Part shown: positions 11,251 to 24,210 of the stretch, piece by piece
Layout: every line of letters starts with the position of its first letter
How positions within the stretch are numbered: position 1 is the first letter of the stretch
Origin: Octopus bimaculoides
Taxonomy: Eukaryota
DNA length: 46,422 nt
Assembly (NCBI RefSeq): GCF_001194135.2
Contig: NC_068985.1
Location: 12,429,026 to 12,475,447 of the forward strand
Direction: 5' to 3'
Position numbers and translations under genes: made by a program
The notes under the pieces: generated by a model
Database searches by the model: none
The model's input: only the letters and a program-made list of their open reading frames with translations
What the model was told of the DNA's origin: nothing

Positions 11251-12417
11251 GCAACGAGACGATCATCTTTCTGAAGCTTCGTTGGATTTGCTTTAATCTT
11301 CCCTGTTAATTTGTGGTAGCACTTGCATTCCTCTGGTTGTCAAATGGGGTGGGGGCACAAGTTTCATGTCGTGAAGAAAAAAAGCTTATGAACACTACTA
11401 TTTCTCTTCTATCTAGCAACAGCAGCTAAAAAAAAGAAGAAATAATAAAAATCATTATATTAATAATTATCCCTTTATTTGCAGCGGAACCCATGTTTAA
11501 TGTATCTATTATTCATTTTTATTGCTCGCAATGTCATCGATCTGGCTGTAGTGCCGAATTATTAAACGCGTGTACAGATTTTGGAAGATTATCGTGAGCA
11601 GTGGGTGACTCATCTGAATATATAAAAGTGTACCGATTTTCATTGCAATGAACCAAGCGTGTTTCAAACTTACTTTTGCCATTTTCTATAATTATTCTAT
11701 CACAGTTTTCTATTACTGTCAGTCTTAAAAAACATATCAATTCTCCCTCATTAGATATATGATATAATTCAAAAGCAAGGAATGTTTGGGGCAGAGTTTG
11801 TGATTATCCGTTCTGTGAAACAAATTTATTATAATCTCTTAAAATATACGTGCGCATTTGATAATGAAATTGTAAGGAGGGGACTAGATCTTCGTTATTG
11901 AAAATCCTTGCATCTTAATCTAGGTTGATCTGAGTGGGAAGTAAATTACCAAGCTCAATATGATGAGATTTGGAACGACACAAACATTAATAAGCAACAA
12001 TAACAATTAAATCAATGAAATGATATAACATTTACTAAAATTATTGGGTGATATTCCTGTTCAGTGTGAGGTAAGGCATGGAGGGTTGTATTACGTTTTC
12101 GTTTTCTTTTTGCAACGAAATGAATTTGATGCAGATTTTCTTGAGAACTCTTAGATTTAAAGCACTAGTACTGTTCCACGGCAAACAAGTTTGTTTTCAA
12201 GTAAACTCTATTGAAAATTGTAACGATCCTTAGTAATTTGTCAGCTGCTGTTTTATTATGATGCTAATCTTGCCATGTTGTCACATTACATCACTAGAAT
12301 CAATTGGAAATTCAGTCGTATTTAACGTATTGATATTTCGAGGAGAATCTTTATGACTGCGTTCCTATTCTATTACATCTATTTCATATCCCTCACAGTA
12401 AGTGAGAATATATAGGC

Positions 12418-12419
<2 letters not shown>

Positions 12420-12476
<57 letters not shown>
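12420..12476. repeat. (TG)n microsatellite
   Basis: Direct reading, about 28 units. Confidence 0.98.
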
Positions 12477-12478
<2 letters not shown>

Positions 12479-14130
12479 CTACAGTGTGTGTGTCCTAGGC
12501 TCTGTCACTTCTCACTTGATTAAATAAGAAAAAATATTTGAAGCGGTTGTGGGAGATGTGTAATCTATAAAGAATTGTTTCCACCTGATAAACAATTAAG
12601 TCAAACTGGATGGAGATGGCGAAAGCCATTTTTGTGCTGTTTCCAAGTGAATATTTAAAAATCATCACCAAATGGCAGTAATTCACTACTGTATTTCTTT
12701 TGCTCTCAAGTTAATATGTTATTCGTCAACAGCAGTATTAGTCTTCAAACAATTTTTACGACCGCTTCCACAGAACCGTCATAAGCAGACTAGAATTTCA
12801 CATGTTTCATGAGAATAAATTAGATGAAAAATTAAATGAAAGGATGAAAATGATTTATTAGCAATTTGGTAATTTTATGCTTTATTTTAAAATTCTTCTA
12901 TGAACAACATTTCTGAATATTTAAATGGAATAGATTAGAAAGAAACTAAATGAAACGGGATTTTACGGACAAGTTAAAGTGTCTGTAAATTTTATTATAA
13001 AGAAATAATGATAGTTAATGCTTTCGTTGGATTATCGGTAGCAATCACTTCAAGCGTAACTGACACCCTGTTTCTTGAATAGAAAAGAAAAATCTCTTGT
13101 CCGGATTTATGTAATTATATGATATACCATAGTCATTAAGCTCAGCTCGGCATGATAAACGACACTTGTACATTTTGGTATACCCGCAGATGTGCAAATG
13201 TTCATTGCTTAATACAATATAGAACATCAAGTGAAGTGGATCACAGAGGCAGCGTGTAGGAAACGGAAATTGTAACACAAGGTATGATAATATATTTAAG
13301 AAACATCGCTTCGTTGTGAAAATAATGTACCATGGTTCAAACCCGTGTCTCTCAGAATTTAACGTTTGTATCAATCGCTCAAGTTCAACTTTTATGAAAG
13401 CCATTCTCAGTTATCTCTTATTCAAACGACCTGCATATTTTCAATTAATCATTTTCAACAATGAAATTAAAAATGACATATTTCTTTCAATTTCTAGTGT
13501 AATTTTCGTAATGGCTATAGTTATTTTCATTCAATTTAATCTAAATTGATTAATTATTATTTTCTACCAACCACAAATTTTCAACGAAATGAGTTCTTTC
13601 TGTCACTGTACGAAGTCTCCTTTGAGCTAGAAAATATACGAACTAATCTGACATATCAGGCATAATTTGCGTCACTTTAAAGAAGAGTATAATAAATACA
13701 TCGCACATTCCATTCTTCCATAGCTATAAGGAAATTTCTAATATGCATTAAGCACATCGATTTCCATTTTATGGTATGATATGCAAATTCTTGTTAAATG
13801 AAAATTACGTTTTTTGGGGGGGAAAGAAACCCTCAAACAGTAGCATCTGTACAATTACTGGGGTTTTGCTATACCTATCATAATTATACATTTTAAAGTT
13901 TTATTTTTGATGAACTGCCGAAATATGAGACGTTGATACATACATATATAAATACATATATATATGGGTGGGGTGTATGTGATTGTGGGTGCATGTGTAC
14001 TAAAGATATCATAATGAAGAATAGAGAATTATACACCTTCAACATTGGCACGTGTTTCTACAATATAAGTGTCCCTTGGTTTCCTTTGGTGACATTTGTT
14101 GTAGCAGTTATGTGCATTGAGTTGATTTAT

Positions 14131-14297
14131 ACATTATTTACATTATTTACATTTGACGGATATTTGTCCTCATCTTGTTTGTTGTTAACACAACGTTTCG
14201 GCTGATATACCTTCCAGCCTTCATCAGGTGTCTTGGGGAAATTTCGAACCTGGGTTCTCATTCCTGGGGTATTTTTCGATGTTGTTGTTATTATTAT
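14131..14297 (-). mobile_element. Short hammerhead-bearing retroelement tail (Penelope-type)
   Basis: On the minus strand: (TAA/CAA)n, then catcgaaaaatacc...gaacccaggttcgaaatttcccc, the hammerhead, and a terminal repeated aaataatgt. Confidence 0.7.
14187..14232 (-). ncRNA. Minimal type I hammerhead ribozyme motif
   Basis: 5'-GACAC CUGAUGA A GGCUG GAAGGUAUAU CAGCC GAAA CG UU GUGUU-3'. Intact core, extra A after A9, 5-bp stems I (one G-U) and II, palindromic AACGUU. Predicted cut between 14192 and 14191. Confidence 0.85.
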
Positions 14298-14406
14298 ACG
14301 ATACGATTATGGTTCTCTTATCGCTTAAAATTAGAATGACGTTTCGTTTTATTATATTTGCTTGTAGAAAGTGTGGAGTCATGGCACTTGCTCTTCATAG
14401 GGAAAA

Positions 14407-14509
14407 AATAAAATACGGATTAAGATAAATGGATTAAAAGGTATTAATTGAAAAGGAGAGGAAATATCGTTAGATTTGGGTAATCTGATTAGTCCATACC
14501 AATATAATT
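14407..14509 (+). repeat. Unclassified dispersed repeat, copy 1
   Basis: aataaaatacgg..taagat..tggattaaaagg...gaaatatcgtta.atttgg.taatctga...c.atacca..ataat is shared with 18141-18240. Confidence 0.75.
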
Positions 14510-14900
14510 TTAAACTTGCTGCAAATATTAGTAGTTTCGTGATAGTTGAAAATATTAATATATATTGAAACCCCAGTTGTAAGTTTGAGTTGTAATTTAT
14601 TGCAAATTTGTTAAAATCTGAACTAGATATGTAGTTGTTTTATTATGTTCACATATGTACCCTTCGATATATTTGGAAACATTGAAAATCTTTTCTAAAT
14701 GAATGTGTACATGTTAATGCTAATTCGTTCCCACGGTTTCATAACCTGCAATTAGAGGAAAGGATATGGAATATTTCTTGCGAATGGAGATCACATTAAC
14801 AAATGCTGAAGCGCTACTTCTATATGAAATAAAATATACGAAACATTATTTAAAGGTCTTAATATTCTTTTCGGAAATGTTCTTTTCCGCGTGGTATATA

Positions 14901-16356
14901 TACTGAACCGCAAGAGAAACGCTAGACGTGTGTGATTGTAAAATATGTTTTAATTTCATTATATCAGAGATAAATTTTGATAAATGCGAGAAAGTCAATT
15001 TCATGGATGCATTTTGACCACAATCTATAGATCGTTGTCATGTGTTCTGGCAGTGGGTGGATCCAGAACCTCGAGATTGTTGGGCATGACAGGTTCAATA
15101 TCGTGTATGCCCACCCTGGGTCTTCAAAACAGCCATAAACCGTCGGTACATAGAGTGCACGAGGTGGTTCCCAAAAGCCAGTGCACCTGTGCCCACACTC
15201 TGAGGAAAGCTGCCTCCAGTTCCACACGAGTTGTTGGCATTGGGACCACCTGGTTCCTCCCTCTCAGGATTTCATCCCACTAGTGTTCAATTGGGTTCAC
15301 ATCCTGGCTGAGAACCGGCCACAGCATGGTTTTGATGTTGTGCTGATGCAAGAACTCCATGTTGACCCTGGACGTGTGGGAGGGAACACTGTCCTGCTGG
15401 AAAACATGGCTATGGTGACGCGCGAAGAAGGGAACGGCGTGAGGTTTTAGGATCTGGTCAACATAGCGCTGTGCTGTCATGCAATCCCCTCTGCCTACAC
15501 CAACATTTTGGAACAATCGGGCCCAATTCTCTGATTCAGGCCTATAACACCACAAACCATGATGATTTGGCCATCCGACGCGTCTTTCTCAATGACCCAT
15601 GCGTCTCTTTAGCGTTCACCCCTCCTACGCCATACCCTCACTCTGCCATCCGAGGTGGAAACGCAGTGCAGGTTCTCGTTAGAGAAGGCTATCGACTTCC
15701 ATTATTGATGCCGCCAATGTCGATGCTGTGTAGTCCACTGTAGACGCGCCTGACGGAGGAGGACGGTGAGGACATGCCCTCGAGAAGGATCCGCTAACGC
15801 AGGTTGTTGGCGGCCAGTCGACGTTGTACCGTGTCGTTGTAGGTTGATGAAGCGGTCCTGACTGGGCGTGGTCACCCGTGGGCGCCCAATGCGCCCACGG
15901 CCTGCAGTGCTGTTGGTGTTGTACCATTGTTGCACGCAATAGATGGTGCTGACAGGGACATTGTAAGCTTTCGCAACAACCAGGGCACGCTTTCCTGCTT
16001 GCAATCGGCCGAAAGCTTGTCCTCTCTGCGCTGCTGACAATCAGGTCATACCAGAGGCGTCCAAATTACGAATGCCAGGAACGCTGTTCAAGTTGATTTT
16101 TATAGCCATAACCTCTACGAGATGCACCTGAATATTGGTTTACATAGCAATTGTTTGCAACTGCCACCCACGGCAGTCAACGCAGCAGATAACCTTTCAA
16201 CTTTCAAGAAAAGTTGAAAGTTTATCTGCAATTTAGGTTTCAGCCATAAACCAGCATGTCTTGGAATATTTATATTTACTTCACCGAAATAAATTTTCGG
16301 AATTTACCGTATGAAAATGACATTTGAAAAAATTGCGTTTCTTTTGCGGTTCAGTG
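14901..16356 (-). mobile_element. Full-length Tc1-family DNA transposon (DD34E), non-autonomous
   Basis: 22-bp TIRs at 14901-14922 (TACTGAACCGCAAGAGAAACGC) and 16335-16356 (2 mismatches), with TA on both sides (14899-14900, 16357-16358). 1456 bp long and contains a transposase pseudogene. Confidence 0.95.
15120..16040 (-). pseudogene. Tc1 transposase pseudogene
   Basis: Paired-like N-terminus with GRPRVTT, then WKSIAFSNE (first catalytic D read as N), DGRVRVWRR, FQQDS and NPIEH with exactly 34 residues between D and E. Several frameshifts and stops. Confidence 0.92.
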
Positions 16357-17597
16357 TATTTGAGCCATATTATAAACACATTTAAATCCTAGATGCTATC
16401 TTTATCCTCTAATTGCATGTATCGACTTGTTTGATTTTTTATAGCTGATATTTTGATTAGCATCGTAATTTTCTCCTTAACAAAAAAGATTATTATAAAT
16501 TACCATCCTTAAGTGCAATGTTATTGTACACTGAGTGTTTAACTAAAAACTACATAAAATTTAAACAGGTCTTAATGAACACTTATATACAAAATCAGTT
16601 TCTTTAAAATAGTCAACAATATTTAAAGACATTTATATTATTTGGTTACTATGGTATCAGATAAATATCTGTGGAATATAACAATACTTACGGCTGTTGG
16701 TATATATGTGTACCTGATGACAATTTCTGTTCCACACACACTTCAAGTGATTGAAGTATTCCTATCCAAAGTTTAATGTGTACACATGGCCTCAGTAAAT
16801 TTATTAATCTTTGAAAGTCAAGCGTTGTTTTTCTTTCTACTTGCAGTGTTCGTCTTTTTGATTGGCTCATATTCCTTTGTTTATATTCGGTCTCAACTTT
16901 ATTTCGGTCGTCCCCAGCGAGGTCTTCAATTGTGTTGTTGAACTTGTCATTCATAATCGTGATTTATTGTTTCCCAAGTAGATTTGAAGATGGGAATATA
17001 CTATCCTGCTTACACGAATCTGAAGAAAAGAAATATTTATATATATATAGCAAATACTCACATTTACACACACAAAGTCACAACACACACACACACATAT
17101 ACAGACACATGCACATATATTTATAATTTTTCATTGAACTCAAAGCCAGTTCTTCGATCCTGTTCGATAACATGTTACAATGCTTCTAATTTAGTAATGA
17201 CTATATTCTCTCGGGAGAAAATATGAGTGCGATTGTCTGTCTTTTATTTCAGTAATGCTTAAGCCGCTAGCCGTCAAAGACACGTCATTTCGAATGACTT
17301 TGAAAGGATATAAATAAATGTGGTTACCATCACATGAATACTGATTCAGACATACTAGTTACAGGCACAGACAGACAAATACATATACGTACATACATAC
17401 ATATAGATATATAGATATACATATAGATGTGTACATGTGTACATATACATATTTGTAGATGTATGTATGTAGGTGTATACATAGACAAACCGACCCACAT
17501 ACGGATATATGTATGTCTGTATGTATGTCTATATATATATATTTACACACCTATACCCATATCTATGCATGTCTATATATGTACACACCTATATGCA

Positions 17598-17640
<43 letters not shown>

Positions 17641-18140
17641 ACGTAGATCCATATTGTGTAAACACATCTACTTTCATAGTATACTCCGTATGAAATCTCG
17701 CGATGCATCGACTATATTCTTGAAGTCGCTCGTGTCCAGATTTTTACGTTGGAAATTCTTTCATCGCAGTTCGTATAACTGATTCAAGAACAGGCAGTTG
17801 ATTCACCCGTAAAGTACGACTAGCCTTCTATAGAAATTTGTCAACGGATAGATACAAAGTATCTCAAATTTAACAATTTCAGTGACATCGGACATTCTTT
17901 TTTTAAACCCCACTTTATATTTAATATATTTTAAATGGGCATAAATTTCTAATTTTATTTCACAATCTTATAAGTTTTATACATTTTTATAATTTTATTT
18001 TCATCCCTGTTGGATTCCGCTTATCAGACTACGACAGGGTTTTTTTATTTTTTTAAATTTGGTTGCAATTATTTTCTCTACTTCCTTGGTATTTAAGTAG
18101 GTCAGTATGAAGCCACCACACTGACTACTCATTATGAACA

Positions 18141-18240
18141 AATAAAATACGGTATAAGATATGGATTAAAAGGAATCAACACAAAAGGTAAGAAATATCG
18201 TTAAATTTGGATAATCTGACTCGTCTATACCAACATAATT
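18141..18240 (+). repeat. Unclassified dispersed repeat, copy 2
   Basis: Similar to 14407-14509. Confidence 0.75.
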
Positions 18241-18269
18241 TGGCTAGAAAATAGTGTCCCTAAATATTT

Positions 18270-18495
18270 AAAATGCATTCAGTTAGCTGTGCAGGAGATG
18301 ATACCTGAAATGCTTCAAAAATGTGTTACACGACGCAAACGATAGATTTGAAATTTGCAGGAATACAGACGGAGCACGTATTGAAAATTTTCTATTTAGT
18401 TCTGACGAAAGATTTATAAATATATTTGTCTTCGTATTATAAAATTCGGTCATTTTTTTTAATTTGGACGATTCCATTAATACTTGGTCACCCTG
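18270..18495 (+). mobile_element. Tc1/mariner-superfamily 3' remnant with terminal repeat
   Basis: KCIQLAVQEMIPEMLQKCV(fs)DRFEICRNTDGARIENFL resembles the transposase C-terminal R-x-x-x-C-x-x-x-x-G-x-x-x-E motif. Ends in GGTCACCCTG|TA (reverse complement TA CAGGGTGACC). Confidence 0.65.
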
Positions 18496-19344
18496 TATTT
18501 CCCGTAATTATTCTAGCACTTTCCCTTCTCTTCCTTGGTTCTTCTATTGTTTGGAACGCTCTCTCTCTCTCTCTCATTTTAATAGTATCTAGAGTTAGAG
18601 CTCAGTAACAGAAATATCTCCCCGCTGGAAATGCAAACTTCTCTAAAGGACATGTATTACACTAGGATACCCCCCAAACTACTTTTTACGGAGACCATTG
18701 ACTGTACAATAGCAGTTTCTTCTGAAACATTATGAGAGACAGTTGTCATGAAATATAACTTATTTTGTGTTTTGCAATCCGCCCGCAATACGGAAGAAAA
18801 TGCATATGACACTACATCCACGTTGCTCTGTGTTGCATAGCATTAGAAAATGCTCTTTGATTTTCATATATTATTTTATTTTCTCACATGTACATCATTT
18901 ATAGTAATGAAAGGAGACTAATCTTCTGAAAAAATTACTTCAACGCCTCCATCATTTCAACAAATTATTTTACATTTTCAATTATTTTCCTGCTTTGAAT
19001 ATATATACATCCGAATTCGTTTGTTTATGCAATTATTGAATATGACAAAAGGCTTCGAATGTTATTGGATTTGGCATTTTGTTTTCAAAAAAGCAAAAGT
19101 CAAGTTTAGTGTATTTCACGAAATTCATTAAAATGTTTCGTCTTTTTGCAGTTTTCAGACACAGAATGTTCAGTATCTAAATTTCCTTTTTTTCCAGTTA
19201 TGCTGCTCCCTTTCTAAAGGAACGTATTTAACGATTGTTTAAACAGAGGACAAACATTTTTCAACTGGTCTTGTGGTTATTCACTTTGCAGATAAGTTAT
19301 GATAGTTATAATTATGAATCTCCGAATCACTTTCTTAAATACAT

Positions 19345-19625
19345 ATACATACATATACACAAACATACGCACACACACATATCTGTATATCATATGTATG
19401 TATATGCATAAATACATATATATATATATATATATATAGGATGAAAGGCAAAGTCGACCTCGGTGGAATTTGAACTCAGAAAGTAAAGACAGACGAAATA
19501 CAGCTAAGCATTTCGCCCGGTGTGCTAACGTTTCTGCCAGCTCGCTGCCTTTATACATACATACATATATGTATATGTATATATATATAGATAGATAGAT
19601 AGATAGATGGATAGATACACACATC

Positions 19626-19657
<32 letters not shown>

Positions 19658-19661
19658 CACA

Positions 19662-19745
<84 letters not shown>
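19345..19745. repeat. Compound microsatellite field (TA, CA, GATA, CT)
   Basis: Direct reading. Interrupted by a SINE at 19439-19551. Confidence 0.9.
19439..19551 (-). mobile_element. Main SINE family 5' half
   Basis: Reverse complement reads aggcagcgagctggcagaaacgttagcacaccgggcgaaatgcttagc...gagttcaaattccaccgaggtcgactttgcctttcatcc. Confidence 0.9.
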
Positions 19746-19746
<1 letters not shown>

Positions 19747-20118
19747 GCACAGAGAAGAAAAAGATATACATGTACATATGTCTGTCCACTTGTCTGTTCG
19801 TCAGTCTGTATTTGTGTGTGCATGCTGACATAAGTAAAACTTGATATCACCATGACGAATTTAAGATCAGATGCATGGCTTCATAGATAGAGAGTAAATA
19901 TTCACTTCATTAAATACTGGGAAATATATTCATGAATAAAATACAGACTTGAACGATTTTTTTATATACCTAATTCTTCGATGATGTTAACAACGAAATC
20001 GTGAGAAGTAGCCATGGCAGACAGACGCCCAGTTCTACGGTGAATATTTCAAAAGGGCAACAGGAATGTTAATACTAACAACAAAAACACATGGAAGAAT
20101 AAAGGGAAGGCGAAGCAA

Positions 20119-20205
20119 GTGACGATGACGATGACGACGATGATGATAATGATGACGATGATGATGATGATGACGATGATGATGATGATGACAATGATGA
20201 TGATT

Positions 20206-20275
<70 letters not shown>

Positions 20276-20415
20276 CATTGGTACTAGTGGTGTTAATGAT
20301 GTTGATGATGATGACGATGATGATGATGATGATGATGATGATTATGATGATGATGATGATGATGACGACGATAATGATGATGATGATGATGATTATGATG
20401 ATGATGATGATGATT

Positions 20416-20478
<63 letters not shown>

Positions 20479-20510
20479 TTGGTGATGATGATGATGATGA
20501 TGATGATTTT
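20119..20510. repeat. Long degenerate (GAT)n trinucleotide microsatellite with a (GGT)n segment
   Basis: Direct reading. Produces the spurious poly-Met and poly-Ile ORFs in the track. Confidence 0.97.
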
Positions 20511-20845
20511 AGTGGTGCTGGCGCTGATGACGGTGGGAGTGACGATTGTGTGGGGTTGGTCGTGATTAATAATGAATAATGTGATTGATGGTAACAATGA
20601 TCAAAATGGTGGAGTAGCTGATGAAATGATCAGCCACGAAAAAAGAACGCTCATGTCTATTAAAGCCCTAAATTCTTTCACTATAATTATAATAGAATTC
20701 TTCTTCTTCAAGGTGTTCTCTCAGGATTTAAAAGGGAACATATTGTAGCAATCACGTATATTCGTTTATAAGCGTCCTAAAATCGCATGCTGTTGCCATG
20801 GAGGTGGGGCCTCCCTATACGCCAGGGATTAACAACTAGTATTAA

Positions 20846-20964
20846 ATATTATTATTTTCCAGGTCACTGCTTGGACATTATTATTGTTACTGCTTCGAAT
20901 CGAACTCGGAATCTTGGGGTTATTAGCCCGCGCTCTTAACTACTACACCATATGTCCGTGGGCA
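20846..20964 (-). mobile_element. tRNA-derived SINE head ending in (AAT)n
   Basis: Minus strand gcccacggacatatggtgtagtagttaagagcgcgggctaataaccccaagattccgagttcgattc has an A box (tggtgtagtagtt) and B box (gagttcgattc), followed by gcagtgacctgg and aataataat. Confidence 0.8.
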
Positions 20965-20983
20965 TATAGTCGTAATAAGTGAA

Positions 20984-21289
20984 GGCGCGTGGCTTAGTGG
21001 TTACGGTTTTTGCCTCGGGATTATAGGTTTGCGAGTTCAGTTTCCGGTGGCGCGTTGTGACCTTCAGCAAGACACTTTATTTCATGGTACTCCAGTGCGA
21101 TCAGCTGGCAAACATGCGTCGTACGTATATTTCAAGGGGTGAGCTTTGCCACACGCTGTGTCACGCTGAATCTCCCTGAGCAGTATGTGTCTGTGGAGTG
21201 CTTAGCCACTTGTACGGTAATCTCACTAGCAAGTTGTTCCCTTCATCGGATCAACTGGAACCCGCGTCGTCGTAAGTGACGGACAGCCA
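20984..21289 (+). mobile_element. tRNA-derived SINE (third family)
   Basis: A box tggcttagtggtt, B box gagttcagtttcc, core gttgtgaccttcagcaagacacttta, and 3' end ggaacccgcgtcgtcgtaagtgacgg. Confidence 0.75.
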
Positions 21290-24170
21290 TTAATAAACTT
21301 TTATGCTGAGTGTTTGGAGCTGTAATCGTACTGCCAACAAGAGGTATTTCTCTCGTTATTAGCAGCTTCCAACCTCCACTATAATTCAACGCTGATAGCA
21401 AAAATATTATGTGTCACTATTTAAAATTTTCCAGAGAAATATATTGTTTTTAGAGTAAGTTTTATCTTGAACCATTAACACTGCAAGAGGGGAATAGGTA
21501 TATAATTATATGTATGTTTACACGCGCGCAAACGCAAAGGTATACACCGACGTATATCGTATATATATATATATNNNNNNNNNNNNNNNNNNNNNNNNNN
21601 NNNNNNNNNNNNNNNNNNNNNNNNNNNNNNNNNNNNNNNNNNNNNNNNNNNNNNNNNNNNNNNNNNNNNNNNNNNNNNNNNNNNNNNNNNNNNNNNNNNN
21701 NNNNNNNNNNNNNNNNNNNNNNNNNNNNNNNNNNNNNNNNNNNNNNNNNNNNNNNNNNNNNNNNNNNNNNNNNNNNNNNNNNNNNNNNNNNNNNNNNNNN
21801 NNNNNNNNNNNNNNNNNNNNNNNNNNNNNNNNNNNNNNNNNNNNNNNNNNNNNNNNNNNNNNNNNNNNNNNNNNNNNNNNNNNNNNNNNNNNNNNNNNNN
21901 NNNNNNNNNNNNNNNNNNNNNNNNNNNNNNNNNNNNNNNNNNNNNNNNNNNNNNNNNNNNNNNNNNNNNNNNNNNNNNNNNNNNNNNNNNNNNNNNNNNN
22001 NNNNNNNNNNNNNNNNNNNNNNNNNNNNNNNNNNNNNNNNNNNNNNNNNNNNNNNNNNNNNNNNNNNNNNNNNNNNNNNNNNNNNNNNNNNNNNNNNNNN
22101 NNNNNNNNNNNNNNNNNNNNNNNNNNNNNNNNNNNNNNNNNNNNNNNNNNNNNNNNNNNNNNNNTACACACATACATATATATAAATATATATATACATA
22201 TATTTATATGTATGGATATGTATATGTATGTGTGTATAATTATGGGTATAAAGAAGTAGCAAAAGAATATATACATGTTAATATACATATGAGATGATGT
22301 AATTGTTTTTGTATGATGAACCTCGAAGGGAGATTTTAAATGACACAGAGTAGTTTCGAAACAGACATTTTTGTAGATATATGTGACATAAGATGTTTAA
22401 ACATCTCATGAAATATTTGTTACTAATTACAGCACCCGTCACAAGAAGGAAGTTTGCCGGGGGAAATTAAATATTTGAGATATATTTTCCGACATAGTCA
22501 TAAAGAGAGACTAATTGTATTGCTATTCTGTGATAGCAACAGTTGTTTATTTGCGTCAGCTCAACTCCCAAGTGTAGGCGTCTTCACGCCAAGCTTTGCT
22601 GCTTAAAAACCATTCAAGAAATAATGGATATTAACACTAAAGCGTATTGAAGATAAAAGAATCTTGAGAATTTCATTCTATGATTTATTAACTTCTTTGT
22701 CTGATGTAAAATTTGTGATATAATATATATGTCCTGTTTAATAATATTACTTTTTTTTTGTCAAATATTTTAACGTTTTCAATATATGATTTTGAGTCTC
22801 GTCCCTATTGATCTGTCCTATTTCTCTGAGACTTGACATTTTGCATCACCTTTTCTGTCATGTTGTCTNNNNNNNNNNNNNNNNNNNNNNNNNNNNNNNN
22901 NNNNNNNNNNNNNNNNNNNNNNNNNNNNNNNNNNNNNNNNNNNNNNNNNNNNNNNNNNNNNNNNNNNNNNNNNNNNNNNNNNNNNNNNNNNNNNNNNNNN
23001 NNNNNNNNNNNNNNNNNNNNNNNNACATATATATATATATATATGACGTGAAGTATATTTGCTACTTAAATGCGGCTAACTACTAAGGGTGAATGCTACT
23101 GTAGCGTGTAGCCCCAGGAGAACATATAGATAGATAGATATAATATACTATATCATAATATATTACATATATATATATATATATGTGTATATATATATAT
23201 TTACGCACACGCACACAGACGCACACACATCTATAAATAATTACACAAAATGTAAAACGCATATGCAAAACCCATATGAAAATATTTCGTTTATTTATTT
23301 ATTTCTAGGGAACCTCACTAAAATGACTTGCAAACACTTTGGAAAACTTTGCTTGACATAACGTTTTCGGTGTTTTATACAATATGTGGAAAAACACTTT
23401 TCTTGTCCTCGTCCAATTCTTTCAACAAAGCTATATTAAATCATAGATTCATGAATGCAAAACATCCAAATAGAGAAAGAGAAATATCAAGCAGTCCCAA
23501 AAATTACGTAAATGAATACAAGAAAGCGTCTCTCTCTAATTTTGTCATCCATAGACATCATTTGAACAACCAAGCAACGTTCAAAAATACACCATCGTGC
23601 AGTTACAAAACGTCTGTATTTTTTATATGATTAATGTCTCCTATCTTTACTTTATAAGATTCCAAATGTGACAATTTAATATTTGTATGACGAGGCAAAG
23701 AATTTACCATATTTGATAATAAGGATGTCTTTCTAGAGTATTCCATACGATTTATGACATACTGTTGATAAACATCGTTTGCAGTGCCCCCAAAAGGAAC
23801 AAATATCCAGTTGTTGGCTATCATATATATATATATATCTATATATATATATATATATGCGAGTAAAAATAAATACAAAAAAGGTGGGGTTTTTTGTATG
23901 ATTGTGTATAGAGGAATATATTATTTTGCTTAAAAGAGTTCCAACACTGTCTGTTTTTTTATGTTTTATTTATATTCCTGCAGAACTAATGTGGGGTATA
24001 GAATATGGAATATACAATATATAATATGATATACAATATACAATATAAAATAAAATAAAATAAAAATGGATGGCACCATGAAAGAAAGTATTGAATGTAG
24101 ATGAAATATTGAGTGTTCAATATAAAGGATCAAATATATAAATATATAAATATAAATATATATATATAAA

Positions 24171-24210
24171 GGCGACTCGAGTTTCAGGGCTATTTCCCTT
24201 CGTCATGGCC
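24171..24210 (-). ncRNA. Minimal type I hammerhead-like motif (core with extra A: CAUGACGA)
   Basis: 5'-GGC CAUGACGA AGGG AAAUAG CCCU GAAA CUCGAG UC GCC-3'. 4-bp stem II, perfect palindrome ACUCGAGU as stem III, GUC site, 3-bp stem I. The upstream context is lost in a gap. Confidence 0.65.

Noticed and set aside
13190-13281. Exon-like segment (cccgcag|...aag|gtatga)
   Set aside because: Stops in all three frames; only a non-coding exon is possible and there is no supporting evidence.
20049-20597. Poly-Ile (minus) and poly-Met (plus) ORFs
   Set aside because: Translation of the (GAT)n microsatellite.
20860-20964. Functional tRNA gene
   Set aside because: A and B boxes are present but the acceptor stem does not close and the sequence runs into a repeat tail, so it is a SINE head.
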